A DNA stretch of 63,244 bases, filler included, from Blastocystis sp. subtype 4 (taxonomy: Eukaryota): assembly GCF_000743755.1 (NCBI RefSeq). It is 8 parts of 8 records of this genome, joined end to end, with 100 filler letters (N's around TTAATTAATTAA, not from the genome) between each part and the next. Parts side by side here need not be neighbours in the genome. Positions count along the whole stretch, not along the records: positions 57,071 to 63,244 come from NW_014569111.1; 7 more parts are not named here. One strand, given 5' to 3'. The position numbers and the translations under genes are program-made. The stretch's first letter is position 1; every line of letters starts with the position of its first letter. The notes beneath the pieces were generated by a model. It was not told where the DNA came from and made no database searches. It saw only the letters and a list, made by a program, of their open reading frames with translations. Of the stretch, positions 61,810 through 63,244 are shown piece after piece.

Positions 61810-63244
61810 TTAGACTTTCACTTCCTTTTTCACTTCCTTTTTCGGTTTCGTGGCTTTGACCACATTCTTCTTACCAGCACTCTTTCCCTTCACTCCACCA
61901 ACAGCCTTTCTTCGAGACGATGTTCGAATGAGAATCAGAACAACCACCGCAATGACAATGATAACTACAAGAATCAGAATGACGATCATAAAAATGGAGA
62001 CACAGAATCCTGAAGCAGCTTGCCATACTCCATCCTGATCTCCTAATCGACATTCACGCTTCTGGGTTCCAACATAACTACCTTGCGATGAGCACTCGTA
62101 AACAGCTGTCTCGCCAACTTCTGTCACAGGGAACATACCCTCAGCCAAGCATGTTCCTTTGCGTACTTGAATGGTGATGACTGTGGAAGTCGCTCCAGAA
62201 GGATTCTCAGCGTAAACGGTGTATGATATCAGTTCCTGAATACTGGTAGGGATTCCACTGATTTCACCTGTCAATGGATCCAAATTGAGTCCAACAGGCA
62301 ACTGTACGTTCTCATCAACATACCATCTGGTAATCACATTCACTGAGACAGGTAAACCAGATGATACGTGAGTATCCTTAATGAAGGTGTATTGTGATGA
62401 TAAGTAACGGGCACTCACTGGTGGCTTGTATTTACATTTGTCTGTCATAATATCACTCAACTGACCATTCTCACACGTACGATATGAGTAACCTTGGAAT
62501 CCAGCCGGACAATATGAGGGAGAGATTTGACCCTCCATAACAGATGGATAGGTGCCAATACCAGGACATACAGTACCTGAAGCCTTGCAATAAGCCATAT
62601 TGATTGATCCAATTGTCAGTGTAGCTGATGCAGCCTGTGTCATCTCCCATCGATACTTACGGAACCCAGCCAGAGCCACAGGCACAGACAACTGGGGTTT
62701 TGTACGATCCGTCAGAGAGAGTGTAGCGTTGTAAAATAGTTCAATTGGCTCATCTTCAGCATCATCAGGATTTGCTTGACCTGTGATTTGAATACCATAA
62801 CGAGATAGAGAGTACGAAACAATCATGTTGAATGAGTTCCATTTGCTTCCTTCCAGATTCTCAACAGTCCATTCGACATATGTTCCAGCAGTGCTAGGCA
62901 ACTGACCTGTAGTGTAAGGATCCAGATCCATGATTCCATCAAGAGTACCTGAAGTGGGATTCGTAGAAGTGAGAGAAGAATAAGAATCAACAACAGTAGA
63001 ACAATCTTCAACTCCAAATACTCCAGTAGCATCAAACACAACAGGATCAGAAGAACTGAACACATTATTGCCTTCCTGAATTCCAGCTGTTGCCAGAATC
63101 ACATGGAACTTCGAGAACACACTAGCATCATGAACAGCAAGAGATTCTGTGTCTGGACTGAAACTATCAGCCAGATTGAATCGAGCAACCAGATTTCCAT
63201 TCAGATAGGCAGCCACTCCTCCAGAATACTTCACTCGAACATTC
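61810..63244 (-). CDS. Ig-domain surface protein family member with C-terminal TM and Lys-rich tail (5' beyond window)
   Basis: LPVGLNLDPLTGEISGIPT, Cys-rich modules, TM IFMIVILILVVIIVIAVVVLILI; paralog of 19969-23867. Confidence 0.85.
   Translation of the reverse strand, partial: NVRVKYSGGVAAYLNGNLVARFNLADSFSPDTESLAVHDASVFSKFHVILATAGIQEGNNVFSSSDPVVFDATGVFGVEDCSTVVDSYSSLTSTNPTSGTLDGIMDLDPYTTGQLPSTAGTYVEWTVENLEGSKWNSFNMIVSYSLSRYGIQITGQANPDDAEDEPIELFYNATLSLTDRTKPQLSVPVALAGFRKYRWEMTQAASATLTIGSINMAYCKASGTVCPGIGTYPSVMEGQISPSYCPAGFQGYSYRTCENGQLSDIMTDKCKYKPPVSARYLSSQYTFIKDTHVSSGLPVSVNVITRWYVDENVQLPVGLNLDPLTGEISGIPTSIQELISYTVYAENPSGATSTVITIQVRKGTCLAEGMFPVTEVGETAVYECSSQGSYVGTQKRECRLGDQDGVWQAASGFCVSIFMIVILILVVIIVIAVVVLILIRTSSRRKAVGGVKGKSAGKKNVVKATKPKKEVKKEVKV

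Noticed and set aside
1..63244. CRISPR arrays, tRNA/rRNA genes, transposases, telomeric repeats
   Set aside because: None recognisable by eye; small ncRNAs cannot be excluded without covariance-model searches

Overview
Eukaryotic, very gene-dense protist DNA with ~28-33 nt GT-AG introns, tiny intergenic gaps and a recurrent TGTTTGTT-like element just 3' of genes. This combination is characteristic of the anaerobic gut stramenopile Blastocystis (inference; low-GC subtype). The window is a pseudo-scaffold of 8 contigs joined by artificial 44N-TTAATTAATTAA-44N linkers, so gene order across linkers means nothing. About 32 genes or gene fragments can be reconstructed: GH35 beta-galactosidase, TBC RabGAP, transportin-SR, SLC25A43, EF-hand protein, DENR, Stm1/SERBP1-like tail, AP-1 gamma, P4-ATPase, PTB-like, two Ig-domain surface proteins, MORN/LRR-like protein plus a relic, RPL27A, USE1, transportin-1, KNL2-like SANTA/AT-hook, YqhD-like ADH, BRCA2, NDUFC2-like, GT49, MRS2, BCAT tail, three thioredoxin-fold ER proteins, UTP3, N-BAR-SH3, SNU114, UTP21, C2H2 ZnF and LITAF. 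The most interesting signals are in RNA processing. (1) Two 39-nt minor-spliceosome-type introns with identical geometry, one AT-AC and one non-canonical AT-AA. (2) Four genes whose stop codon appears to be completed by the poly(A) tail (in-frame T + 4 nt + TGTTTGTT-like element); in a PDI this would expose a C-terminal ER-retrieval signal (EEEL) hidden in the genomic translation. (3) Back-to-back inverted 3'-end elements between convergent genes. (4) An exact 13-mer GAATCACGGGAAT found three times in non-coding DNA. Short minor introns and poly(A)-made stops are known phenomena in Blastocystis; the specific instances and consequences here are my inference. Gene models were spliced by hand and some termini are approximate.
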